Source: an uncultured Pseudomonadota bacterium
Lineage (GTDB): Bacteria; Pseudomonadota; Alphaproteobacteria; Rs-D84; CACZYB01
Length of the DNA stretch: 64,000 bases
NCBI GenBank assembly: GCA_902785275.1
Contig: CACZYB010000006.1
Location: 1 to 64,000 of the forward strand
Direction: 5' to 3'
The notes under the pieces are model-generated. The model was not told the DNA's origin. It saw nothing but the letters and a program-made list of their open reading frames with translations, and did not search any database. The translations under genes were made by a program, and so were the position numbers. How positions within the stretch are numbered: the first letter of the stretch is position 1; each line of letters begins with the position of its first letter. Shown here piece after piece: positions 19,396 through 28,848 of this stretch.

Positions 19396-19464
19396 ATTTT
19401 TCTCCTTTATAAAACTTTAAATTATGATATAATATAAATGTTATAATTGCAAGAGGCAAAGATT

Positions 19465-20208
19465 ATGAAAATAGAAATAAATACTCTTCTTGGTGGTAGG
19501 GTTAAAATAGCTCAGTTTGAAAAGGGTGTAAAAGTTTCATCTGATGCTGTTTTGCTTGCATCCGTTATTGATGAAAAGTTAGTAAAAAAAGTTAAGAAAG
19601 TTTTGGATGTTGGTGTTGGCGGTGGCGGTGTTTCAATTTGCCTTCTTTCAAGATTTAAAAATATAAATTGTCTTGGGATTGATGTACAGGATGAAATGCT
19701 TTCTTTAGCAAGACAGAGTATTTTTGAAAATGATTTTGGGGATAGGTTTTCTGTTGTAAAAGAGGATATTTTGAAACCATCAAAATCGTTTAAGGAAATG
19801 GAGTTTGATTTGGTTATTACAAATCCCCCTTATTATAAGGGACATACTTCTCCGGATAAAATAAAGGCCAAAGCTCACAGTGAGCAAGGATTGGAACTTT
19901 CGGAATGGATAAAAATGTGTGTGAAAAGATTAAGAACTGGTGGTACTTTCGCAATGGTGCATAAGGCAGAGAGAATTGATGATATTATGTTCGCATTAAG
20001 GCAGAATGGTATGGGAAAAATTGAAACATTTTTGCTTTATTCAAAGAAGGGAGAATCTGCAAATAGAGTGATTGTAAGGGCTGTTAAATCTTCAAAATCA
20101 CCGGCGGTAATTTATCCACCGGTTGTACTTCATAATGCTGATGGAAGCTATACCGCAAAGGCGCAAAGTGTCTTAATAGATGGAAAAAGTCTTTTGTATT
20201 TAAAGTGA
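19465..20208 (+). CDS. SAM methyltransferase, tRNA1(Val) A37 N6 (TrmN6/YfiC-like)
   Basis: DAVLLA, VLDVGVGGG, VITNPPY; start at ATG 19465 behind GAGG. Confidence 0.85.
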   Translation: MKIEINTLLGGRVKIAQFEKGVKVSSDAVLLASVIDEKLVKKVKKVLDVGVGGGGVSICLLSRFKNINCLGIDVQDEMLSLARQSIFENDFGDRFSVVKEDILKPSKSFKEMEFDLVITNPPYYKGHTSPDKIKAKAHSEQGLELSEWIKMCVKRLRTGGTFAMVHKAERIDDIMFALRQNGMGKIETFLLYSKKGESANRVIVRAVKSSKSPAVIYPPVVLHNADGSYTAKAQSVLIDGKSLLYLK

Positions 20209-20215
20209 TATACAA

Positions 20216-20241
20216 AAACTTTAAAGGTACCTTTAAAGTTT
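20216..20241. repeat. Perfect 26-bp palindrome
   Basis: AAACTTTAAAGGTACCTTTAAAGTTT equals its own reverse complement. Confidence 0.9.
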
Positions 20242-20377
20242 ATGCATATCATTATCTAATAATATTTTCTATAAATCAATGAAAATATTGAAAAATCAAT
20301 ACATACCCACGAATATGACTTTTACTCGAAAAATAATATACAAAAAAGGTACATTTTTTTGTATGGGTGGAGGTTTT

Positions 20378-21259
20378 ATGTTAAAGTTATTTTCAAGAAT
20401 TTTGGCTGGGTTTATTCCAAGTAAAAGGTTGCGTCATTCTTTTCGCGAATTTATTGATGATAAATATATAAATCCGATTTATTCTTCTTTGGATATGTTT
20501 TTAAAAAATCCAAAGGTTTATCAGCCTGCTGTTGGATATTTGAGAGACATACAACTTGCTAGTATCAAAATCTTATGTGAAGTTGATAGAATTTGTCGTG
20601 AATTCGATATTAAATATTTCATTAGTTTTGGAAGTCTTCTTGGAGCGGTAAGACACGGTGGTTTTATTCCTTGGGATGATGATATTGATATTTCAATGCA
20701 AAGAGATGATTATAAAAAATTTGTTGATATATTTAATAAAAATACTGTTTTTAAAAATTTAAGAGCAGAGTTTTGTCGTTCTCATTTAAAAGTTTGTTTA
20801 TCAGGTACTCTTGTCACTTTGGATATTTTTTCGTTTGATGTGTTGAATAAGAATATGGATTTAAATGATAAAATTTGCTTTTCAAGGAAGCTAAATTCAT
20901 TAAGTAAAAATAAGTTATTAAAAAGTGTTTCAAAAAATGCATATAATATTGAAGCAGAAAAGCTTACAAAAAATGTATTTGGAAGTGATTTGTGTAAGGC
21001 AAAGCAAAATTCTTCAATATTTTATTCAATAGAGTTTGAACATAAACATAAAATTATTGCTTTTGATTATTCTACAATATTTCCATTAAAAATGGTTAAT
21101 TTTGAAGGAAGTAAGTTTTTTGCTCCAAAGAATATTGATGAATATCTTACTTTTATTTATGGCGATTATATGAATATGCCTGAAAAAATAAAATTACACC
21201 TTAATTTAAAAAAGATTGATTTATTTCAAATTATGAAAATCAAAGAATTTTTGAGGTAA
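20378..21259 (+). CDS. LicD-family phosphotransferase
   Basis: FGSLLGAVRHGGFIPWDDDIDISM, YLTFIYGDYM; start moved to ATG 20378 behind GGAGG. Confidence 0.9.
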   Translation: MLKLFSRILAGFIPSKRLRHSFREFIDDKYINPIYSSLDMFLKNPKVYQPAVGYLRDIQLASIKILCEVDRICREFDIKYFISFGSLLGAVRHGGFIPWDDDIDISMQRDDYKKFVDIFNKNTVFKNLRAEFCRSHLKVCLSGTLVTLDIFSFDVLNKNMDLNDKICFSRKLNSLSKNKLLKSVSKNAYNIEAEKLTKNVFGSDLCKAKQNSSIFYSIEFEHKHKIIAFDYSTIFPLKMVNFEGSKFFAPKNIDEYLTFIYGDYMNMPEKIKLHLNLKKIDLFQIMKIKEFLR

Positions 21260-21264
21260 ATATT

Positions 21265-21654
21265 ATGAAAATAGTTTTAACTTATGGAACTTTTGATGTC
21301 CTTCATTATGGACATATAAATCTTTTAAAAAGGGCAAAAAAGTTAGGTGATTATTTGGTCGTTGGACTTTCAACAGATGAGTTTAATAAAATTAAAAATA
21401 AAAAGGCTTTATATAATTTTGAGCAAAGAAAGTTAATGCTTGAGTCTATAAAATATGTAGATAAAGTTATTCCAGAAGAAAATTGGGAACAAAAAATAGA
21501 TGATGTAAAAAAGTTTAATGTGGATATTTTTGTTATGGGTGATGATTGGTCTGGAAAATTTGATTATTTATCTAAATATTGTAAAGTTGTATATTTAGAT
21601 AGAACTCCAAATATATCTTCTACAAAAGTTAGAGAAATATTAAAAAGCAGGTAA
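21265..21654 (+). CDS. tagD: Glycerol-3-phosphate cytidylyltransferase
   Basis: TYGTFDVLHYGHIN, MGDDWSGKFD, RTPNISST. Confidence 0.92.
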   Translation: MKIVLTYGTFDVLHYGHINLLKRAKKLGDYLVVGLSTDEFNKIKNKKALYNFEQRKLMLESIKYVDKVIPEENWEQKIDDVKKFNVDIFVMGDDWSGKFDYLSKYCKVVYLDRTPNISSTKVREILKSR

Positions 21655-21664
21655 TAAATATAAT

Positions 21665-22951
21665 TTATTTTATCCTTTTTGCAAGGACTGTTCCGTCTTT
21701 TTCTATTTTGGAAATTTTGACTGGGACTATGGTATTTGGTGTGATTTTTTCGCCAGATACCTTTACAAAGATATAGTTTTCTGTATAACCTTGGTTATCC
21801 TTTTCAATAAGAACGGTTGTGTGTTTACCTTTTTGCTTTTTTATAAATCTTAATTTTAATTTTTCACCAAGGGTGCGAAGTTTTTTTGCACGTTCTTTTT
21901 TTACTTCGGTTTCAATTTGATTTTGCATTTTTGCAGCAAGAGTTCCTTGTCTTATTGAATAAGGAAAAACATGAAGATGTGTTATTTTACATTTCTTTAT
22001 TAATTTATATGTGTTTTCAAATTCTTTATCCGATTCATCTGGGAAGCCAACAATTACATCTGCACCTATTGCGATATTTTTTGAAATTTTATGAATTTTT
22101 TTACATAGGGTTATTATATCATCGCGATTGTGACGGCGGCGCATATCTTTTAAAACTTTATCATCGCCAGCTTGGATAGAAAGATGAAAGTGAGGCATAA
22201 GTCTTTTATCTATTTTCATAAGTCCAAGTATTTGATCATAGCTTTTTGCAGGATCAAGGGATGAGAGGCGTAAACGTTCAAGCTTAGGAAACTTATCCAA
22301 AATCTTTTTTACCAAACCAAACAAAGATTTATTTTTTGTATCGCTTCCATATGCGGAAATATCAACTCCGGTAAGAATTATTTCTTTGTATCCTTCCTTT
22401 ATAAATGTTTTGCATTGGTTAAGGATGCTTGTTTCAGAGAAGCTTTGATTTTTTCCACGGACAAGTGGAACAATACAGTATGCACAACGATTGTTACATC
22501 CTTGTTGTATTTGAACAAAAGCTTTGGTTTTGCCATCGAATTTGAAAAGTTCATCTTTGGCTTTTACTTCAATCATTTCTGGTGGATTTTTAAGTATTTC
22601 ACCAACAAAAATGTGAGGAGCGTTTTTTTGTGAAAGATCGGCAAGTTTTTTGTAATATTCAGGAATAAGCTTTTCTTTGTTTCCAAGTATTGCAAAAATT
22701 CTTTTTTCATTTTTGTAATTTTGCCATGAATTTTGTGCGGAACAACCGGTGATTATAATCTTTTTTTTCGGATTTTCTTTTATAATTTTATGAATTTGTT
22801 GTTTTGCTTGACGTTCGGCCTCTGCTGTAACTGCACAGGTATGAATTATCACAGTATTACTAAGTTTTGCATCTGTTGCGTTCTTACGAATAATCTCAGA
22901 TTCAAATGTGTTAAGACGACAACCAAATGTTATAATTGTTATATCAGACAT
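21665..22951 (-). CDS. mtaB: tRNA t6A37 methylthiotransferase
   Basis: TFGCRLNTFESE, HTCAVT, CNNRCAYC radical-SAM motif, C-terminal GYTENY. Confidence 0.92.
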   Translation of the reverse strand: MSDITIITFGCRLNTFESEIIRKNATDAKLSNTVIIHTCAVTAEAERQAKQQIHKIIKENPKKKIIITGCSAQNSWQNYKNEKRIFAILGNKEKLIPEYYKKLADLSQKNAPHIFVGEILKNPPEMIEVKAKDELFKFDGKTKAFVQIQQGCNNRCAYCIVPLVRGKNQSFSETSILNQCKTFIKEGYKEIILTGVDISAYGSDTKNKSLFGLVKKILDKFPKLERLRLSSLDPAKSYDQILGLMKIDKRLMPHFHLSIQAGDDKVLKDMRRRHNRDDIITLCKKIHKISKNIAIGADVIVGFPDESDKEFENTYKLIKKCKITHLHVFPYSIRQGTLAAKMQNQIETEVKKERAKKLRTLGEKLKLRFIKKQKGKHTTVLIEKDNQGYTENYIFVKVSGEKITPNTIVPVKISKIEKDGTVLAKRIK

Positions 22952-23043
22952 ACTTTTCCTTTAAAAAAATAAAAAAAACCTTGCAAAGATTTTATGTTTA
23001 ATGTAAATTATTATTCACAACTATTATAATAGGAGTTTTTTAA

Positions 23044-23406
23044 ATGGCAAGAGTTACTGTTGAAAATTGTATTGATAAAGTTAATGATAGATTCGAATTG
23101 GTGATTGTCGCATCTCAACGTGCAAAGGAACTTTATAAGGGTTCTCCTGCTATGGTTGAAAAAGATGATGATAAAAATACTGTGGTTTCTCTTCGTGAAA
23201 TTGAAGAGGATAAGCTTGATATTGCAAAGATAAAAGATGATGTTGTTCTTGGCTTCCGTCGTAATTTAGCTTTCAAGGATACAGAAGATAGCAATAAAGA
23301 ATTAGAATTCATTGAACAAGAAATTATGAACGATGTTGTGTTTTCTGAAGAAGACTCTGAACTGTCAAACGTTTCAGAAGAGGAGCTAAACGCAACCGAG
23401 ATGTAG
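23044..23406 (+). CDS. rpoZ: RNA polymerase omega subunit
   Basis: MARVTVENCIDKVNDRFELVIVASQRAK. Confidence 0.97.
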   Translation: MARVTVENCIDKVNDRFELVIVASQRAKELYKGSPAMVEKDDDKNTVVSLREIEEDKLDIAKIKDDVVLGFRRNLAFKDTEDSNKELEFIEQEIMNDVVFSEEDSELSNVSEEELNATEM

Positions 23407-23424
23407 GTTTTTCTATCAAAGATT

Positions 23425-23455
23425 AAAAGGGCGGAGCGTTTAGTTCCGCTCTTTT
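23425..23455 (+). terminator. rpoZ terminator
   Basis: AAAAGGGCGGAGC-GTTTA-GTTCCGCTCTTTT. Confidence 0.75.
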
Positions 23456-23572
23456 GTTTTTCAGATGAGTTTGTAAAAGCAAAAGGGTAATTGTAAAAAC
23501 AAGGTTACCCTTTTTTCATTTGGATAAAAATTTTTTAACTTTAACATTAATATATAAACAAAGAGGTATAAA

Positions 23573-23797
23573 ATGGAATTGAAAACATATATTGATATAA
23601 AAAACAAAGTAAATAAAATGGATGAATTTAATAAAATTTGTCGTAAAAGTGGTCCTGTGATTATAAGGTCTATGAGTGATAGCGATTTTAATGATTTGAA
23701 TTCTTATGTTGCGGGGAAAGTAAAGTTTAATGATTTGAATTTGGTTGTAAGGGATTATGTTATATCGAATAGTATTGCTAAGAAAGTAAGAGGTTAA
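23573..23797 (+). CDS. Small orphan
   Basis: GAGGT RBS, 74 aa, ends ...AKKVRG. Confidence 0.65.
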   Translation: MELKTYIDIKNKVNKMDEFNKICRKSGPVIIRSMSDSDFNDLNSYVAGKVKFNDLNLVVRDYVISNSIAKKVRG

Positions 23798-23800
23798 GGT

Positions 23801-23829
23801 AAGGGCAGGTGAGAAATTACCTGCCTTTT
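23801..23829. terminator. Hairpin between convergent orphans
   Basis: AAGGGCAGGT-GAGAAATT-ACCTGCCTTTT. Confidence 0.55.
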
Positions 23830-24389
23830 ATTTGTGAAAAAAGTTCGGCGTAATATTTTTGCTTTAGTATTTCCTTTTTTATTTTAGGAAGTTTCTTTTG
23901 TATCAAGTTATTTATATAGTTTTCAAAGATTTGATTTTGTATGGTGTTACCCTTTAAAAACCTTAATTCATTTTTATTATACTTAATTTCTTTTTCAATT
24001 TTTTCCTTTTCTTTTAAAAGTTTTTTCATTTGTTTATTGTATTTTGATGTAGATGATTTTGTGTATTGTGGTGCGATGCTTGGGATAATTTCAAATATTT
24101 TTTGTTTTGCAGAAAGTGTGCTTTGATATAAATCTATTTCTGTTTTGTTACAAATAAGATTTATATTATTCATTATTTCATTTTTAATCGAATCGTGAAG
24201 ATATCTATCGTGAAGTGATTTTATAAAGGATAAATCTTTTAAAAGGTTTTGTTTTTCTTTGTTAAGTTCATTTTCTTTTAATCGGTTTTCCTTTATAATG
24301 GCAAGAAGATTTAATATTTTGTAATAGTTTTCTTTTGAAATGGTTTGATTTTCCATATTACTAAGCAATATTTTGTTAAATGTTGTCAT
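23817..24389 (-). CDS. Coiled-coil orphan
   Basis: AAGGAG RBS; Lys/Glu-rich; ends ...SQIKGR. Confidence 0.7.
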   Translation of the reverse strand: MTTFNKILLSNMENQTISKENYYKILNLLAIIKENRLKENELNKEKQNLLKDLSFIKSLHDRYLHDSIKNEIMNNINLICNKTEIDLYQSTLSAKQKIFEIIPSIAPQYTKSSTSKYNKQMKKLLKEKEKIEKEIKYNKNELRFLKGNTIQNQIFENYINNLIQKKLPKIKKEILKQKYYAELFSQIKGR

Positions 24390-24620
24390 AATTTCTCCTT
24401 TTTAAAATATTTTTGTGCTGAAAAGATAATGAAAAAATCCTTTAAAATCAATAGGATGATATTCTTTGATGGATTTATATGGAAGTAAGTATTTGTGAAA
24501 TAAGATTTTTTTCAAACAATTGCTTTATTTTTTTAAGAAAATGATTGACTGTTTAAAAATTTTGTTTATTATCTCATTTATTGTTAAAAAAGCTCAAAAA
24601 TTTAGATGTAAGGTTTAAAA

Positions 24621-25037
24621 ATGAAGAAATATTCAAAAGAAAATGGTTTTGAAAGTTATGCCGAAGTAAGATTATATTATGCTTATCTTAAGTGTAAAAG
24701 TGCAAATGTTCTTTCAGAGTTAAAAAATCCAAATTTGAAAAAATTGGAAGATCAGATTTTTAATAAGATGGAACAGAATAAAGTTGAATATGACGAAGCG
24801 GTTGAAAAGCTTTATTCTCATTATGATAATGGTGTTGGAATTGTGGATAAATATTTGGGTAAGGGTGATTATAATCTTTTGTATACAAGAGAAGAAAAAT
24901 CTTTGCTTTTGGCATTTGATAGAAAGCAAAAGGTCTTATTCGATAAAGTTAAAAGAATTAGAGGTAAAGCCTTGTTTGATGAATTGAATAAACTTGAATA
25001 TGAAAAAATTTTATATTTATCCCAAAATCAGAGATAG
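24621..25037 (+). CDS. Helical orphan
   Basis: Own promoter TTGACT-16-TATTAT at 24545-24572; ends ...LSQNQR. Confidence 0.7.
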   Translation: MKKYSKENGFESYAEVRLYYAYLKCKSANVLSELKNPNLKKLEDQIFNKMEQNKVEYDEAVEKLYSHYDNGVGIVDKYLGKGDYNLLYTREEKSLLLAFDRKQKVLFDKVKRIRGKALFDELNKLEYEKILYLSQNQR

Positions 25038-25047
25038 TTTTAAAAAT

Positions 25048-25072
25048 CCCCGTCGAATGGCGGGGTTTTTTT
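25048..25072 (+). terminator. Conserved hairpin family copy 5 (possibly bidirectional)
   Basis: CCCCGTC-GAAT-GGCGGGG with an A tract before and a T tract after. Confidence 0.8.
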
Positions 25073-25319
25073 ATATATTTATTTCTTTTGATACAATAAA
25101 ATCCTTTATATATTCATCCATAATTGCTTTTTTATTTTCAGTGGTAATATTTACCTGTTTTTCTGAATCTTTAGCATACTTGAAGTAAGAGTAGTCAATA
25201 GAAAGATATATTATAGATGTAAGTAATAGGCATCTAAAAAAGATTTTTGTGTATGCAGATTTTAAATCATCCTTTGTAAAATCTTCACCTATTATTTTTA
25301 TCTTTTTGATTTTATTCAT
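25071..25319 (-). CDS. Small single-TM orphan
   Basis: 82 aa with one hydrophobic segment. Confidence 0.5.
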   Translation of the reverse strand: MNKIKKIKIIGEDFTKDDLKSAYTKIFFRCLLLTSIIYLSIDYSYFKYAKDSEKQVNITTENKKAIMDEYIKDFIVSKEINI

Positions 25320-25365
25320 TTTGTATACTTTTAAAAAAAGGGGGATGTGAATCCCCCAAATTTAA

Positions 25366-27150
25366 TTAACCAAACAATCTTGCAAAGAAACCCTTCTTTT
25401 GCTTTTTTGTTTTTTGCATTTTGTTTGCAGGGCTTTTCTTTATAAGTTCAGTATTTTTCTGTTTCCTGCTATCATTACGGAATTTTGTATTTGCAGGTTC
25501 TTTTTCACGGAAGTATGTGCCAAGTTTACGGTCCAAATCCATCTTTTCAAGAACGAATGATTTTTCATTCAAAATGTTATCATCACCGTTTATGATGATA
25601 CTTGTATCATATCTTTCTTCAAGTTCAAGTAAGTCATCTCGTTTTTGGTTAAGTGTGTAAAGAGCAACATCTGATGAAACAGCAACATAGATACGTTTTG
25701 CTGTTTTTTTCAAAAGCTCCTCTTCAATATGTCTTAAAAGGTTAATGGATGCAGTTTGAACAGATGGAACAAATCCAGTGCCAAGACAGTGAGGGCAAAC
25801 CTTATGTCCTACTTCTAAGAAGCTTGGGCGAAGACGTTGACGGGAAATTTCCATCAAGCCAAATTGTGAAAGTTTTGCCATTTGAACCTTTGCACGATCT
25901 TTTTTCAAAGCTTCACGCATTTTTTGTTCAACAGCTTGGTTATGTTTTGGATCAGTCATATCAATGAAATCAACAACAACCAAACCTCCCATATCGCGAA
26001 GACGAAGTTGACGACCAATTTCAATTGCAGACTCTATATTTGTTTTAAGAGCTGTTTCTTCAATATTTCTTTCCTTTGTTGCACGACCAGAGTTAACATC
26101 GATTGCAGTCAAAGCTTCGGTCGGATTGATAACTAAATAGCCACCACTTGGAAGTTTTACTATTGGGTTTTGAACTGCTTCTAATTGAGCCTCAATCTTG
26201 TTTTCAATGAAAAGAGGTGCTTTGTCATTATATTTTTTAATCTTTTTGATTTCATCGAAACCAATTTGTTTTGCAAATTCAACCGCATGTTTATAACCTT
26301 CGTCGCCTTCGATAAGAATTTCATCAACATCAGGTTTATACATATCCCTTATAGTACGACGAAGCAAATCGCCTTCTTCGTGGATAAGTGCAGGTGCAGT
26401 AGATGCAAGTGTATTTTTTCTGATTTCATTCCAAAGTCCGATAAGGTAGTTATAATCGCCAAGGATATCCTTGTATGTGCGGTTGCAACCAGCAGTTCTT
26501 GCAATAACAGTCATACCTTCGGATATTGGCAAATCCTTAAGAATATTTTTAAGTTCTTTTCTTTCTTCGCCGTATGGAATCTTTCTTGAAACACCATATT
26601 TTACACGCTTATTACTGTTTGGCATAAGAACACAGTAACGACCAGCAAGTGAAATGTAAGTTGTGATTGCGGCACCTTTATTTCCACGTTCTTCTTTTTC
26701 AACTTGGATAAGAAGAATTTGGCCGGATTTGATAACTTCTTGAATCTTATATTTCTTAAGAAGAAGTTTTCTTTTTTCTTCGGCTTGCTTTTCGGCGATT
26801 TCGTCTTCATCTTCAGAGAATGTTTCAACGCCTGTTTCGTTTGAATTATCGTCTTCGTCATCATCATCAGAAGATGTGATTAAAAGAGCCTTTTTATCTT
26901 CTATTGGAATTTGAAAGTAGTCAGGGTGTATTTCTGAAAATGGAAGGAAGCCGTGTTTTGCACCACCATATTCTACGAATGCAGATTGTAGTGATGGTTC
27001 GACACGAATCACCTTTGCCAAATATATATTACCCTTTATTTCCTTTTTTGTTATAGATTCTACTTCAAAATCTTCTAGTATATTATTTTCTGTGATAGCT
27101 ACACGAGTTTCCTCTGAATGGGTAGCATCTATTAATATTTTCTTTGTCAT
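25366..27150 (-). CDS. rne: Ribonuclease E/G (alphaproteobacterial type with S1 insertion)
   Basis: LIDATHSEETRVA, KGNIYLAKV, SLAGRYCVLMP, EALTAIDVNSG, CPHCLGTG. Confidence 0.95.
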   Translation of the reverse strand: MTKKILIDATHSEETRVAITENNILEDFEVESITKKEIKGNIYLAKVIRVEPSLQSAFVEYGGAKHGFLPFSEIHPDYFQIPIEDKKALLITSSDDDDEDDNSNETGVETFSEDEDEIAEKQAEEKRKLLLKKYKIQEVIKSGQILLIQVEKEERGNKGAAITTYISLAGRYCVLMPNSNKRVKYGVSRKIPYGEERKELKNILKDLPISEGMTVIARTAGCNRTYKDILGDYNYLIGLWNEIRKNTLASTAPALIHEEGDLLRRTIRDMYKPDVDEILIEGDEGYKHAVEFAKQIGFDEIKKIKKYNDKAPLFIENKIEAQLEAVQNPIVKLPSGGYLVINPTEALTAIDVNSGRATKERNIEETALKTNIESAIEIGRQLRLRDMGGLVVVDFIDMTDPKHNQAVEQKMREALKKDRAKVQMAKLSQFGLMEISRQRLRPSFLEVGHKVCPHCLGTGFVPSVQTASINLLRHIEEELLKKTAKRIYVAVSSDVALYTLNQKRDDLLELEERYDTSIIINGDDNILNEKSFVLEKMDLDRKLGTYFREKEPANTKFRNDSRKQKNTELIKKSPANKMQKTKKQKKGFFARLFG

Positions 27151-27487
27151 TTTCCTTAAATCTCCAATGTTTTACAAATGTTTTATTTAAAATAAAATTT
27201 TGTGAGTTTAAATTATATCCAGTTGCATATTCGCGAACGAAGATATTTTCAATGTTAAATAAATCAAAACAGAGAACCGAAGCGTCGCCATTAGATGCTT
27301 TGGTTATATTTTTTAGAAATTTAAAAATCATTTTTAGCATAAGATAAGCCAATTTCTTTATTTTTATTTAACTTTTGATATTATACTTTAAAAACAAAAA
27401 TTTACAAGTTTTTTATTATTTACTTTTAATTTTTATTTTATAGTTGTATAACTTTTGTTAAGGAAAGAGTTTTTTAAGGATTAAATT

Positions 27488-28762
27488 GTGAAAATTTTAA
27501 AAAATATTTGGGTTTTGTTTATATTTTTCGGACTTTTTATATTTCCAAGGGTTTCTTTTGCAAAAAATAAAGGAATAAATTTGCGTACCGGTATACAACC
27601 TATGAATATTTCTAGGTTTGTGATGGAAATGACCGAAGATACTACATTTAAAATACTTTACCTTGATAATCCGAAAAGGGTGGTTATTGATATCCCCAAT
27701 ATTGATGTTTCTGGTGTAACAAAGGAAGCGTTAAAGTCTGGATTTATTTCTGATGTAAGAATTGGCCAATTAGATAAGGTTACATCAAGAGTCGTTTTGG
27801 ATTTATCTTCACCTGCAAAAGTTAAGAATAGTTTTGTTTTGAAACCTTTGGGGGTAAATAAAAATTATCGCTTGGTTATGGATATTGAGGCCGTTTCTAA
27901 TGAAGAGTTTGCCAAACAAAAGGTTTTGAATATGGAAGATGTTATTGAGGAAGAAGTTTCTTCTGCTAATACTGTTGCAAAACCAGCGTCTAAGCAAAAT
28001 AATGTGGTGGTTAGTGAAAATAGACAACCTGTTACTCATGTTAAGAAAAATAAAAAGAATATGAAGCAAAATATTGCTGTTAAAAAGACTGATAAAAAGA
28101 CTATTGTTATTGACGCGGGGCATGGTGGAAAGGATCCTGGTACTATTGGTGTAAATGGAACTTATGAAAAGAATATTGCACTTTCTTTTGCAAAACAGTT
28201 AAGGGATATTTTGAAAAAGAATCCTGATTACAGGGTAGTTTTGACTCGTGATGATGATACATTTATTCCTTTGCAGGAACGTGCAAAAATTGCTGAACAT
28301 GAAAATGCATCTATTTTTGTTTCAATTCACCTTAACAGTAGCCCTAATAAACAGACTCATGGATTTTCAATTTATACCTTAAATGAAAAGGCAACTGATG
28401 ATGAGGCAAGAAAGATTGCAGAAAAAGAAAATGCTGCGGATTTGTTGGGTATTGGCTCATTTGAAGGCTATGATAATATAACAAAGAATATTTTGGGTGA
28501 TTTACTTCAAACTCAGGTTAAAATTGCTTCTGTGGAATTGGCAACTGAAATTGTTACACAGGTAAAGCAGGAAATTGCCTGTATTTATCAACCGCACCGT
28601 GAAGCACCATTCATCGTTCTTCGTTCATCAATTCCTTCTGTTTTGATTGAAGCCGGGTTCCTTTCAAATAAGGATGATGAGAAAAAACTTAATCAAAAAT
28701 GGTACAGGGAAAAGATGGCTTATTCTTTTGCTAGGGCGATTGATAAGGTTTTAAAGGATTAG
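27488..28762 (+). CDS. amiC: N-acetylmuramoyl-L-alanine amidase (AMIN + Amidase_3)
   Basis: Signal peptide; IVIDAGHGGKDPG, FVSIHLNS, PSVLIEAGFLSN. Confidence 0.9.
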   Translation: MKILKNIWVLFIFFGLFIFPRVSFAKNKGINLRTGIQPMNISRFVMEMTEDTTFKILYLDNPKRVVIDIPNIDVSGVTKEALKSGFISDVRIGQLDKVTSRVVLDLSSPAKVKNSFVLKPLGVNKNYRLVMDIEAVSNEEFAKQKVLNMEDVIEEEVSSANTVAKPASKQNNVVVSENRQPVTHVKKNKKNMKQNIAVKKTDKKTIVIDAGHGGKDPGTIGVNGTYEKNIALSFAKQLRDILKKNPDYRVVLTRDDDTFIPLQERAKIAEHENASIFVSIHLNSSPNKQTHGFSIYTLNEKATDDEARKIAEKENAADLLGIGSFEGYDNITKNILGDLLQTQVKIASVELATEIVTQVKQEIACIYQPHREAPFIVLRSSIPSVLIEAGFLSNKDDEKKLNQKWYREKMAYSFARAIDKVLKD

Positions 28763-28848
28763 TTTTTTTATTTGATTTTATGTTCGGGATTATCTTGACA
28801 CTTATTTTAAAATAAAATACTCTTCTTTTTATAAAAAGGAGTTTTGAT

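Noticed and set aside
27083-27352. Leader-peptide ORFs upstream of rne (both strands)
   Set aside because: No RBS, and the composition is typical of AT-rich non-coding DNA
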